This document shows, piece by piece, positions 23,559-35,856 of a DNA stretch of 64,000 nucleotides. Position 1 is the first letter of the stretch. Each line of letters opens with the position of its first letter. Source of the DNA: Podarcis gaigeae (Eukaryota); NCBI GenBank assembly GCA_964106915.2, contig OZ066915.1. One strand, given 5' to 3'. The notes under the pieces were generated by a model. That model was not told the DNA's origin. It worked only from the letters and a program-made list of their open reading frames with translations, and did not search any database. The position numbers and the translations under genes are program-made.

Positions 23559-25287
23559 AGATAGAGCAATCCCCTCGCACCCCCACCAATGCATGTTTCT
23601 GGGGGGTTTCCCAACCCACCCAGAGCCAATTTCAGAGGGCGTGTAAGGCACAGGAGGAGGAAGGGGCGGGAAAACATTGCACCAGGGCTTCTGCTGACAA
23701 GACTCTTTAGGCTGCTTACACATCTTACATTTAAAGCACATTCTGCTCCCCAGAGAATCCTAGGAACTGTAGTTTAAGGATGCTGGGAATTGTAGCTCTG
23801 TGAGCAGTAAACTACAGGTCCACAGATGTGTGTGTGTGTGTGTGTGTGTGTAATGTGCTTTAACTCTTGAATGTGTACACAGCTTTTGTTTGTTTTGCAA
23901 CTGTTCTGTCTAGTTACAGTTCACAACTTGCCTCTGCCCAGAGCAGAATGCACCAGGTGGAGGGCTGTTTTGCCTAGGCACCCATCATCATGCCACCCAC
24001 ACTGGAGGCCTGTGTTCTGTTTCTAACTGTTATCTTGCCTTGCCTAGGTATTAATTCATTTGCAAAATGAGCTCGTAGCCACTTAACGCTCCTTCGACTT
24101 GCAGAACAAGACCTTAATCAGAACTTTATAGGCAGGTAAATCACAAAGCAACTGTGAACATTATGAAAACTGCTCTGGTGAGTTGCACAAACAAGTAGAC
24201 CAGCACAGAGTTTCAGTCTTGGCAAGGAATATGCTACCATGGAGAACTTCTCTTTAAACTCAGGCGCCTTGGAAGCCCTGGATAAATCTCATAGGAAGTG
24301 TTTCCTTGCATGATCTAAAGGCAAAACTTTGTCCCTAAAGATTGTTAGGGCCTTCCAGGTTTTAAATCCAGCAAATGTGCAAAAGTTGTTGCTCATTTCT
24401 TGTGTGGGATCTAGCCTTTCCCTAATAGGGGGACTTCTGCTTGGAGTGGAGAGAGTATAATGTGTTCTTAGCTTGCAAAGCACAACACACTATCTCTGGA
24501 AAAATATTATTCTTCCTCCTATTCTGGGCCACATGGTGGTCAAATATCGGCAGTCCGTCTATAAGCAGGGACAAAGTGCTTCTCCACACATCGCCCTGAG
24601 ACTAGTCAACTTCCAGGTGAATCCTGTCATCGCAAGTAGAGAGACACTCCCTATCTCATATCACTGGAGTGATTTTCATCATCCAGACTTTAAGAATAGG
24701 AACACCCCTCCTTAAGCAAGGCTACCACCCATCCCATCCATTTTGTGTGGAATGCATATCATGTTACTGCTTTTGAAATGTGACTTGCAGGACTATGTTG
24801 CAAAACCCAGAATGCAGATGGGGCGTATTTTGGACTGACTCTGTCTGGATCAGCCTAAGCAGATCGAAAACAGTTGAATCCTATACTGTCATGGTGCTGA
24901 GTGGTTAGGGAGCTGCTCTGTGGTGTTGGCATCACAGTTTCAAGGTCCTGGGAGCTCCCTGTCTTTCACCCCCAACATGGCTTTTTAGGGTGTGTGTATG
25001 TAAAGATCATGCATACAAAAGGTAAGTGGGGCCATGTTACTGCCTTCCTCTTGTTGAGGCTTGAGCTCCTCTCTCCTGCTTCCCAACCTCCTTCCCTATG
25101 GAGTGAGCCCTTGGAGGTGGCCACCACCAATGTGTCTCTGTGGCTACCTTTATTGCATGTCTTGGCCACTCCCTACATCTGCTTTGCAAGAGGCTGCTTC
25201 CCTCCCTGGGTGATCCTCAGATTATTGTCCCAGAAGGGCCGTGTGTGCTCTTTGCAGCTGTGCTGTGGGAGTCATCCTCCTATCCTC

Positions 25288-25320
<33 letters not shown>

Positions 25321-26139
25321 ATGCGTTGTGCTCCAAAATGTTGACTGTGAGGACCATAAGGAGATTTACACTCCTGGCTGCAGGATGTCTGGGACTGGCC
25401 ACAACAGGGGCACTGCTGGGTCAGCCCCAGTACTATATGGATTGGGGGCACACTGGCATTGCTGTCTGTGTTGTGATGCAGGGAGCACATCCTTGTGAGC
25501 TCATTGGCTCCTTCCATGTTTGGGTGGCATGTGAACGTCGCCATTTGACTTTGCCCCCAAATCAGTGGGTTGTGTTTCCAGGGCTGCTGGGGTGTGTGTG
25601 TGTGTCATTTTTTAACCCTACCATGGGATTTCACGTGTGTTTGCTTTCCCTTCCCCTCCTAAGCTGAACATGTACAGAGCTCAGTAGCCATTCTGCCGTC
25701 ATTTCAGTGGAACCTCTCTTCCCCCCACTGGCACAAGTTTCCTCTGTCATACAGGTCTCTAATACTCCCCACACTCTGGGTTGGACAAATTCCCATGCCA
25801 AACCACATTTGCTCACCTCTCCCCAAACAAACTATCCATTGTTCACCCTCTTATTCCCTTTTGCATGAAATGTTTTGGTTCAATGCTGCAGATGAGTGTG
25901 TGTGTCTGTTGTGTGTGTGTATGTGTATATGTATGCAAACACATGCACAGCTACACAGACAAATTGATGGAATGGAAGATGGAGTCTGGAACTGCCATTT
26001 AACAAGTTGGCTCTTCTCTGAGCCACAGACTTTTAAGTGCATCAGAATCTCACTCAGGTTAGGATATGACAAGCCTTATTTACTTTCTGTCTGCACGACT
26101 ACACTGGCTCTTTATAGATCTCTCAGTAGTAACTGATTA

Positions 26140-26313
26140 GGGTAGATGCACACCATACATTTAAAGAACATTTATTGCACCTTTAAAGCTCACAGCTCTC
26201 TCCAAAGAATATTGGGAACTGTAGTTTGTTAAGGGTGCCAGGATTATTTGGGAGAGTTCATGCTCTTTAAATATGCATTGAATGTGATTTAAATGTAGGG
26301 TGTGGATCTGCCC
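26140..26313. mobile_element. Palindromic MITE (possibly PIF/Harbinger-type)
   Basis: gggtagatgcacaccatacatttaaa ... tttaaatgtagggtgtggatctgccc; related copy at about 23710-23883. Confidence 0.6.
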
Positions 26314-28992
26314 TCAATGTTGCATTTGTTCTTATACTTCCTGCTGGTGATGGCTCTCCTACCATTGCTTGTTTGAGGGAGAAAGAAATTAAAGGGAAAG
26401 CAGGCTTTGACAGCTTCTTTCCTGCTGGGTGGCTGGTTCCTTGTGCAGCTTGAATGGGAGGGTATCTCAGCCTTGAGGCTGGTCTTGAGCAGGTGGGTTT
26501 CATGACCCACAGCAATGGGGATGCAAAGTTACCCAGAGTTGGTCATGCTACTGGTACCAAGGCCATCTTAGGAGAAAGAGAAGAGAGAGAGAAGAGAAAA
26601 GATTGGTGTGAGAAGAAAGACAAGGAGGAGGGGAAAGAGCATGATCCAATGGAGGTTTACTCAGAAGTCATGTTGAGTTCAAGGTGACTTACTCCCATAC
26701 AGGTGTGTGTAGGGTGCCAACCTTGGATAATGATAAAAATAATAAATAATGTCATCAGTTTGTGTCTTGTTGCATATGGGTGCTTAATTCTGGTATTCAC
26801 TCTCCACTCTTACATTGAAAAGTTCATAGCAGGCTAATCATGTTGTTGTTGTTAATAATAATGATAATAATGATAATAATAATAATAAGTATAATAGAAT
26901 AATTCTTTCAAAGTGCCCAAAGCCCTTCATATGAAATATCTAGTTGTCCACCTTACAGAACAACCTTGTAAGATAAGTCTGAATTATTATCCCTTAATAT
27001 TGCAGAAATGAGGACCATGAGACAGTGCCTAGATGAGCAGGGTATAAATAATAAATTATTATTATTATTTTGACAGAGGTAAGATCTGAACCAGGGACTT
27101 CCTGATCCACAACTCAATTTATTACCTGCTACACTATACCAGCTCTTGTGTGGTTCCTAGGCAATATCTTGTTGAGGTGATTTATGAAGCCAGACTTCTT
27201 TATCTTCAACAGTAGACCTACCTCATGCACTTTTCAGACCAGATCTTGGACCTCAGAATGTTAAAGGTCTACCTCTGCTCTTGCATCCAAGAGGCAAGAA
27301 GTTCAAGCAACTCAGTTACTTCCTGCTGTTGACCTCAGTTGCAAGTTGAGTCTGAAGCAGGAAATAAATAATCAGTGCTGGATAAAGCAGAATTAGCCAA
27401 ACTCATCAGCGAAATATTGATCATAGGGGAAATTTAGGTCAGGCAATGGTGGGACTCGTGGGAGGCATTTCAGTGGCTACTAAAGCACTTCAATTGTGAT
27501 AAATCAACAGTACAGGCACACACTGCCATTCAAAAAAACTGCCGTGGGGAAGGAAAGAGCTGGAGTTGTACTAGAAATTACAGGGGGGAAAACATTTCCC
27601 TCTCTTCCTCTGTTCTGTCACCCTTGAGCTAAAAGAGCATTCTTTCCATTCTTTAAGGTGTAACTGCTGTGCAGCTGCTGAGCTATAACTAATGGCACAA
27701 TGTAATGATTTCAGATGGGCAGACCTTGGCATGTTGTACTTGCTTCTGCAAACAGCTAGCCGTCTTTCATGAGCAGATATTGGGATAAACAGCTTCATGT
27801 CTGAGCTGGTATGAAGTAAGACAGTCAGGTAGTTCAGTCCCCAGGGGGCACTATTCTCTCAGGTTCCACTGAGTTCAGTCCGGCTTTCCCCCAGGTAAGC
27901 ATGGGCAGAATTGTAGCCAATGTGGGAAGAATCCAGAGGACTTTAGCAACAATAGCATTGGTTGAGATTATGCTGAGGTGGCCCTGAGATGGGGTGGTAG
28001 CACAGAGACTTGCTGGGGATGTCGGCTAGATTTGGGGGTGGGTAAGTCAGGGACCTGGCATTCCTTGTCCTTAGAAACTGCATCCAAATCTCCTTCAGTT
28101 CTCATTTGCTTAGTGAGGGAAAATTTGTGAAAAACAATTGCTTTCAAAGGGAGTGCTGGAACTATGATGACACAGAAGCAAAAATACTAATTCTAATGAT
28201 ACTAATAATAAAGTTTCTGCATTCAAATAGCGTAATCACTAACCTTTTTCCTACCAAGGCCTTAGCAAAGCATGGAAGATGGCTTTCTCTGTTTACTGGA
28301 GGAATGGTGACTTATCCTAAAGTTTGTAAATGCACCTGTGAGAGAGACCCTGGAAACCAGACTCAGTCACTCTGGAGAGCTCTGGAGTTTGCTTTGACTG
28401 CCTTCACACAATGATTAACAGTGGGGAGCTTTGCAACTGCATTCCCTTACTGAAGTAATGCCAGACTTTGCCCTGCATATGAGGGCCTCTGCTTTTCGGA
28501 TTCAACCTGTGGAGTACATGAGGCTGTTGCCAAAGGAAGCAGAACATCTGGGTTCACGTATCTACAATGTCAAACCCATGAAATAGGGGTAGCATCGTTC
28601 TTCGTGTTAGTGGCTGGGCCTTCAAAGAGCTATGGGATCAAACCTATGTAAAGCCTATAGAAATAAATTTAAAACAGGAACTAAACTAAATCCTGGCCTA
28701 TATTCTCAGCCCTTGGCAAATGGAGCATAATCTAATTGGTTGACGCAAGGTGGACAAGTCCTTGAGTTGTTTGATTCCTGGCTCAGCTTCTGTATCTTAT
28801 CTGAATTGGATTTTTCAGACTGATGCAACTATACAGTTTCCCTGCTCTCTTATCAATGGTGTTATCCCGTGAAACGGACTGGCAGTAGATCCAGGCTCCA
28901 AGTTCTAGTATATTAAGACCGGGGGGTGGGGGTGGGGGGTGGGATGTGTGTCGAGGAATACAAGGAGAGGCAATGAGGAAGGTCTACTGTCG

Positions 28993-30360
28993 TATCAAGG
29001 GAAGTAATAGTGCCACTGTATTCTGCTCTGGTCAGACCTCACCTGGAGTACTGTGTCCAGTTCTGGGCACCACAGTTCAAGAAGGACACTGACAAACTGG
29101 AACGTGTCCAGAGGAGGGCAACCAAAATGGTCAAAGGCCTGGAAACGATGCCTTATGAGGAACGGCTAAGGGAGCTGGGCATGTTTAGCCTGGAGAAGAG
29201 GAGGTTAAGGGGTGATATGATAGCCATGTTCAAATATATAAAAGGATGTCACATAGAGGAGGGAGAAAGGTTGTTTTCTGCTGCTCCAGAGAAGCGGACA
29301 CGGAGCAATGGATCCAAACTACAGTGGTGCCTCGCAAGACGAAATTAATTCGTTCCGCAAGTTTTTTCGTCTTGCGAAGCACGGTTTCCCATAGGAATGC
29401 ATTGAAAATCAATCAATGCGTTCCTAAGGAAACCGTCTTCAGTCCAGGTCCGGGGACAATCTGTCCCCCCACCTCTTCTGAAGGCTGGGGGGGGGGACAA
29501 GGGCTTTTCTTCCCACCCCCAGCATTTTAAAAAACCCCGGGACAGCAGAGGACTTCTCCGCTGTCCCGGGGTTTTTAAAAATGCTGGTGGGCGGCAGCGC
29601 TGCTGCCCACCAGCATTTTAAGATCGCCCCGGACAGCGGACTTCTCCGCTGTCCCGGGGCGATTTTAAAGCCCCCGGGAAGGCAGGCGGGGGGGGGAGCA
29701 AAGACTTTCGCCCCCCGCCAGCCTTCAGAAGATTCCTGTACCAACAGGAATTGTCCTGAACCTCTTCTGAAGGCCGGCGGGGGGCAAAAGTCTTTGCTCC
29801 CCCCTGCCTGCCTTCCCGGGAGAGCGGAGAAATGCAGCACCTTTCTCCACTTTCCCGGACGGCTTTTGAAGGCAGGCGGGTGGGAGCAAAGACCTTCGCC
29901 CCCCGCCGGCCTTCAGAAGAGGTCCAGGACCTCTTCTGAAGGCCGGTGGGGGGCGAAAGTCTTTGCTCCCCCCCTGCCTTCAAAAGCCGTCCGGGATAGC
30001 GGGAAGCGCTTCCCTGCTATCCCGGACCGCTTTTAAAATGCTGGCAGTGGGGAGCAAAGCCTTTCGGCCCCTGCCGGCCTTCCTGGACCTCTTCTGAAGG
30101 CCGGAGGGGGGGGAAAGGCTTTGGTCCCCACCGCCAGCATTTAAAAGAGGTCCCCGGAGATTTCCCTATGGGCTTTCTTCTTGCGAAGCAAGCCCATAGG
30201 GAAATTCGTCTTGCGAAGCGCCTCAAAAAACGGAAAACCCTTTCGTCTAGCGGGTTTTTCGTCTTGCGAGGCATTCGTCTTGCGGGGCACCACTGTACAA
30301 GAAAGAAGATTCCACCTAAACATTAGGAAGAACTTCCTGACAGTAAGAGCTGTTCGACAG
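28993..30360 (+). mobile_element. CR1 LINE ORF2 C-terminal fragment, split by a nested DNA element
   Basis: [25 protein letters not shown]...[17 protein letters not shown] continues in frame as QERRFHLNIRKNFLTVRAVRQ once 29322-30295 and one TA are removed. Confidence 0.93.
29322..30295. mobile_element. 974-bp non-autonomous Tc1/mariner-type element with a palindrome-array interior
   Basis: 22-bp TIR cagtggtgcctcgcaagacgaa (1 mismatch); TA TSD at 29320-29321 and 30296-30297; subterminal ttcgtcttgcg repeats. Confidence 0.92.
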
Positions 30361-30574
30361 AGGATGCTGTATTAGATGGAATCTTGTTCTCCGGTAGGGA
30401 ATTTTTTTGGCATGTATCAGGTGTGGGGAACCTTTGGACCACCAGATATTGCTGAACTGCAACTCCCACCATCTCTGGCCAGTGACCATGCTTGCTAAGG
30501 CTGATGGGAATTGTAGTTCAGCAATGTCTAAAAGGCCAATCATTCTGCACTCCTTGTGTATATATATATATATA

Positions 30575-30650
30575 TGCTTTCGTAGATTTTCACGGGTACA
30601 GGAATGCAGGTTTTGGTGTCCTCGGGAAGACACCCGAGGACACCAAAACC

Positions 30651-30655
<5 letters not shown>
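30575..30655. mobile_element. Short inverted Penelope-like end fragment inside a (TA)n tract
   Basis: Matches the element end at 57542-57603; 23-bp inverted arms at 30604-30626 and 30633-30655; (TA)n on both sides. Confidence 0.8.
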
Positions 30656-30700
<45 letters not shown>

Positions 30701-31029
30701 CTTCTCCATTGCAGCAGTCTATCTGAGCAGGTAATTTATTATTCACGCAAGAGCTCACAATCCATCTATTTGAAAATTCAGTGAAACTAACCTAGCCTCT
30801 TTTTTAAAGGATTTTATTTAAAGTGTTGGAAGTCTCTGTTAGAAACCATGCATTATCCCATTATTTTCTGGGATCAAACTGAGGCTTCATCCAGGCAAGA
30901 TGGAGGTTCTGCTGCTTGAAAAAATGGTTCACCCAAGAATAGCAGATTTGCAGTTTGGGGGTGCTTTTAAGAGTTGGCTTTGCTTCTACATACAGTAAAT
31001 AAGTAGAATGCTTGTGCACACTTTATTCT

Positions 31030-31270
31030 AGTGCACCAACTTGCTATAGTTCTGCATGCTTTTGTTACATCCAGGTTAGGCTACTGTAATATGGTCAATG
31101 GGAAGCTGCCTGAAACTGCCTGAACTGAAAACCGTTCAGAAATTTCCAGCGGTGTAGAAGTCTGTTTTTGTGATCGTATCAGAATTGTACCAACAGGAAT
31201 TGTCTCTCAGTTGGCATCTGGGCTGAATTCAAAGCACTAAATCTCAAATGATTTGGGACCTCAGAACTGA
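31030..31270 (+). mobile_element. Decayed L2 LINE ORF2 fragment
   Basis: Reads LHAFVTSRLGYCN (L2 motif HAxVTSRLDYCN) and later AEFK. Confidence 0.6.
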
Positions 31271-32214
31271 ACGGCAATTGAGGTTCTACAGAGGAAGTGA
31301 AAGGTGAGATATTGTAATGAGTAAAATGTAAAATCCTTGGCCTAAGACAAAGGTGGGGAACATGAGGCCTTTCAGAAGTTGGTGGATTGCCAGCTCCCAT
31401 CAGCCCCAGACAGCGCAGCTAATAGCCAAGGGAATGATGGGAGTTTGAGTCCAGCAACATTTTTTTGGGGGGGGGGGCTCACATGTTCAACGGATTTACC
31501 CCAAATGGGAGTTATGGGATTATGGTTTAAATCTCACCTGGTATCATGGCTGTCTGATGCCAACTAAAAGTATATCAGAAGACTGCTACATATGCTACAT
31601 TAAATGTTTCTGTATAGGAAAATATGACACATTATTGCTTGTACTGATTGCATGTATTTCTAGGTACTGGTGGAGAAATTGGCACCAAAGGCATTAATTT
31701 AGTGTGCATGCAGCAAAATGCACACGATGGTACATGCGGATGGCATTTTATTTCCTATGTAAAAAAAAAAAGCGTAAAATTGTAAGTCATTGAAAATTTG
31801 GGCTTACCTCCATCCACCACATCCATCATCATCTGTGCCAGGGCTCAGCCCTGGAACAAGTGAGGGAGAGGCAATATTGATCAGTACCTCTGAGCCTGGG
31901 TAGAGTAGTCAAATGGCCACTACTTAACCCTACACACCTGGAACTAGGAAGAAGCACGTCTAAGCACATCTGTGTAACTCTGCTGGGGACCGTGATAGAC
32001 CACAACTAACTAGACGGTTTAGGGATGCATTGATGCATCCAGTGCTGCTGAAATGTCCTTATAAGCAACTGCTCAGTTTATTAGAAAATGTGTGATATTC
32101 TTTTGCTGTAGCATAGTGGAAGAAATTGCTATCAGAGGGTATAGTGAAAGAGCTTTGAACATGTGCATGTAACATTTTCAGGTCTGATTTACCTGCTTGA
32201 GTGTATGTGTAGAT

Positions 32215-32406
32215 CAGAGCTTTCCAAACTGTGTGTCATGACACGTTTGTGTGTAGGTGTGCCGCGCAAATGCTCCCCTCACACCTCCCTGGTCTGGAAA
32301 GGAGTTAATTCAACCTCTGGTTTGCTAGTAAAACTGAATTACTGTGTCCCAAAATGATGCATGTCTAAAAAGTGTGTCACCAACATGTAAAGTTTGGAAA
32401 GCTCTG
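32215..32406. mobile_element. hAT (Charlie-like) MITE
   Basis: 16-bp perfect TIR cagagctttccaaact; 8-bp TSD gtgtagat / ctgtagat. Confidence 0.9.
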
Positions 32407-32935
32407 CTGTAGATAGATCTTAGCTTGTGTATTCATTATCTTGCGCCACATCACACATCTAAATAAAGGCACACCTCCTCCACTCCTCCTTCCTCTCCAC
32501 CATCTTGCCTGGAGCTCAGTGGGGCCTAGCAACCCACCCTGATTATTGCAGGATAACAGTGATCAACTACTCAATGTTTAAAATGTTTTCTGAATGAGAA
32601 ATGCACTTTGAGAACTACCACAATCCTTTTGGGTAGTGTTTCATTTTTGTTTGGGACTGAGGGTATGTTTTCCAGATGTCTTTATTTTATAGGATATTCC
32701 AGATGTTAGAATTCTAATGCTCCAAAGTGCAATCCATTCAACGTTCTGTGTATTACCATGGAAATGATACCCAATACCATCAGATCAGCTCTACTGGGAC
32801 ACAGAGAACAGGCACATAGGGTTAACCCACGGAGTCTTGTTTCTTTCATTATTTGATCCTTGAATCTCTGAGTATTAACTCAGATTTTGCCCCATAGAAC
32901 TAGTTACTTTGTTAAAATTAGTATTATGAAAATAT

Positions 32936-33082
32936 CAGTGGCGTAGCGTGGGTTGTCAGCACCCGGGGCAAGGCAAGTAATTTGCACCCCCTAACCCGTG
33001 GATTTGCGCCCCCTAACCCTAACCCCCAGATGTTGCGCCCGGTGCGGCCGGCCCCCCCTGCACCCCCCACGCTACGCCACTG
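32936..33082. mobile_element. Young hAT-type MITE (147 bp)
   Basis: 17-bp perfect TIR cagtggcgtagcgtggg; perfect 8-bp TSD gaaaatat; CpGs intact. Confidence 0.93.
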
Positions 33083-34204
33083 GAAAATATTGGATTTTAG
33101 GGGGGAAAGCCTTATTTTAAATGAAGGTCAATTGGATCTTGGTAGCACATCTGACCCTATATTTACTTAGAAATAAGCTCAAATTGCGCCAGAACTTGGA
33201 TTGCATGCAGTAGAACAACCCTCTTAGACTGAAGCCAGCTGGTTGAGAGACCACTTTTAGGCCAGGGATGAGGCATTTTGGCCTTCCAGGTGTAACCAGG
33301 CTACAACTCCCAGCATCCCTGATGGTTGGCTATGCTGGCTGGTGTTGATGGGAGTTGTGGTCCAACAACATCTAGGGGGTCACGGGTTCTCTACCGCTGC
33401 CCATGCATCCTGCTTAGAGCTCCCTCTTCAAAGACACAGAAGGCTGAAATGTGAGGGTGATCTGGCTGCGACATCTGTCACCCCATTGATTTGACTGAAC
33501 TGGCTGGCTAGGCGGGTGTCCCCTCCCTCCCTCACATGTGCTTCCCTCCCAAAGCTGCGTGCTCGGTGGAAGAGGATGACCATCCCAGATAGAAGGATTA
33601 TACCGTTCTTTGGTCAAGCGTACAGTATACGATAGCTGTGCTCCCCTGCAGAGAACCTCCAAACAAGACCATGTCCCCTTTTGAGATGGATCCACTATTA
33701 AGAGCTAAAGAGCTGAACTAGACCAGAGCAAGGGTCCGTTTGGCCCAGTATCCTGTTTCCAACAGTGGCCAGTTAGTGAGATGCTTCTAGGAAGCAGGGC
33801 AATCAAGTTAGTGGTTCTTCTTCACTGTTTGCTTTCCTTGCACCTAAGCACTAAGAGGCATATTGTGCCTGAAGGTCGAGGTTCAATTTAGGTGGCAGAG
33901 CTAATAGCTGATTTTAGGCTAATCCTTCTCCACGAGTTGGTCTACTCCTTTTCCAAAGTCACCTAAGTGCTAGACAAGTTGTGATGGTAGCAGATTCCAT
34001 GTGTAGAATGAGGATTGCCACCAACTCCCTATAAATCCTGGGGCAGACTGGGTGATTTCAAGTATAGCATTGGTGGGAAAACAGGAACTAAACCCAGCCA
34101 TATCCCACTCACCCTTAAAAAAATGTTTCTTCTGTTCAAGCAACCTCAGCCAGGAGAAAACTAAATGGGGCACAGAGAAGATGAGGGGTCTGCTCCTTTT
34201 TCTG

Positions 34205-34382
34205 CATAGCTGTCAACTTTCAGATTTGAAAATAAGGTATCAGCAGCCTCGAAAATAAGGGATCACCAGCCTCGCCTGTCCCGGGGACAGTCTACGGGAT
34301 ATCTAACAATCCGGGATAGCAGCGGGAAACGGCGCTGGAATAAGGGAATTTCCCATAAAAAAAGGGAAGGTTGACAGCTATA
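34205..34382. mobile_element. hAT-type MITE
   Basis: TIR catagctgtcaac / gttgacagctata; TSD imperfect. Confidence 0.75.
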
Positions 34383-34759
34383 TTTTTGCTGTGCTTTACA
34401 TCTCCTCCCTCTTCAGAGGAATCCGTAAGATACAGACAGAGTCCTGCAGTCAGCATCATGTCTGGCTGCAACCAAAAGCAGTGGCCTGCCATCACGAGAA
34501 CATTCATGCTGAATCAGGCCGAGGGCTTATTTAGTATAGCGTCCCATTGTCATTGTGGCCAACCTGGTTCCTGTGGCAAACCATTGCAAGAAGAACTTGA
34601 AGCATATCAGCACTCTCTCCACTTTTTTAAAAAAGTTTTTATTAGAGGTTTTCTTGGGTTACGAAAGTATTTACAGTGTCTGTTTTTCATCCATAGAATC
34701 TGTTCTACAGATCAGTTATATTTTATGTGAGACACTAATGTTATAGGCACTCTTCCCCA

Positions 34760-35100
34760 TTTGTGATCACCAACAAATGGTATTCTGAGGCATCCTGCCT
34801 CTGACAAGAGGAGGGAGGACATTCTAGTGAGTCGCCATTGGCAGTGTTATCCTCAATGAATTTCTAGTGTGCCTTTAAAGCCATCTTTGGGGAGTCAATT
34901 CCAAAAAATTTATTTATCTGAATCTACTCCCAGTTTCATTGGGTAACCCAAGTTCTAGTCTTAAGAGGAAAAAGAAAAAATTATTTCCTCCATTTATAAT
35001 TTTATACACTTTTATCATTTCCCCCTTCTTCTAAACCAAAGCACTCCAAAACGTTTAGCCTTTCCTTGGAGTGAATGTGCTCCAACGCACTTGGGTGAAC
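34760..35100 (-). mobile_element. Old CR1 3' fragment
   Basis: Similar, as reverse complement, to the CR1 piece at 44320-44760; a related minus-strand piece lies at about 33715-33990. Confidence 0.5.
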
Positions 35101-35856
35101 CATCTTCTAAATTATTATTTTAAAAACATCCTTGTTGGGAAGGGCGGGAGAGAACCAGAACTGGGCTTAAGTTAATTCCGGGCAGGGGACAGCAAGAAGA
35201 ATTTGCAGAGCCGGACACGCACCACGTACTACTTGAATAAATGAGAATTTGCGGGAAGGGGCCAGCGCGGGAGGCTACCTCACTTTCCCCGCGCCCCGTG
35301 GGAGGGTCATGCCTGCCTCCCAACATGGTGGAGGTGTGCATGGGAAGGAGGGTGGGCGCGGGCACGCGCTCTCGCTTGCTCCAGCCGAGGCTGCGGCTCC
35401 TTTGTGTCTCTCCCTCTCCCGGAGAAAAGGGCTGGGGCGCTCGCTTGCAGCCTAGGCAAAGAGGAAGCGTTATGCCAGGAGGAACGGGTTGGGGGGAGAG
35501 AGGGAGGGAGCAGGAGGAATCCCAGCCTCCTCTTTGCCGCGTGTGTTTGTAAGTAAGATCAATGGAGCTGCAGGCTCCCCCCACCAGCGCCAGGCGGCCT
35601 GCTTACTGCAAGGCGCGCACGCGCCTCACCCACCCCGGGCTGCAGCTCCATTCCACCCAACCCTCTTACACCGCCTCCTCCTCCTCCTCTCCCCCCCCCA
35701 CCGCGCACCCGGGGCAATTACCTGTCTGCAAGCCCCGCCCCCGCGCTGATTGACGGCCCGGATCACGTGGGGGAGGGAAGAGGAGCAGGAGGAGGAGGAG
35801 GACGCCGGGGCGGGCGCTCGCACCTGGAGCTGGAGGGGAGGGAAAACCGGACGGGG

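Noticed and set aside
29439-30274. GC-rich ORFs with repeated peptides; possible CRISPR-like repeat-spacer array
   Set aside because: They arise from the inverted module array of a MITE. The DNA is eukaryotic, there are no unique spacers and no cas genes.
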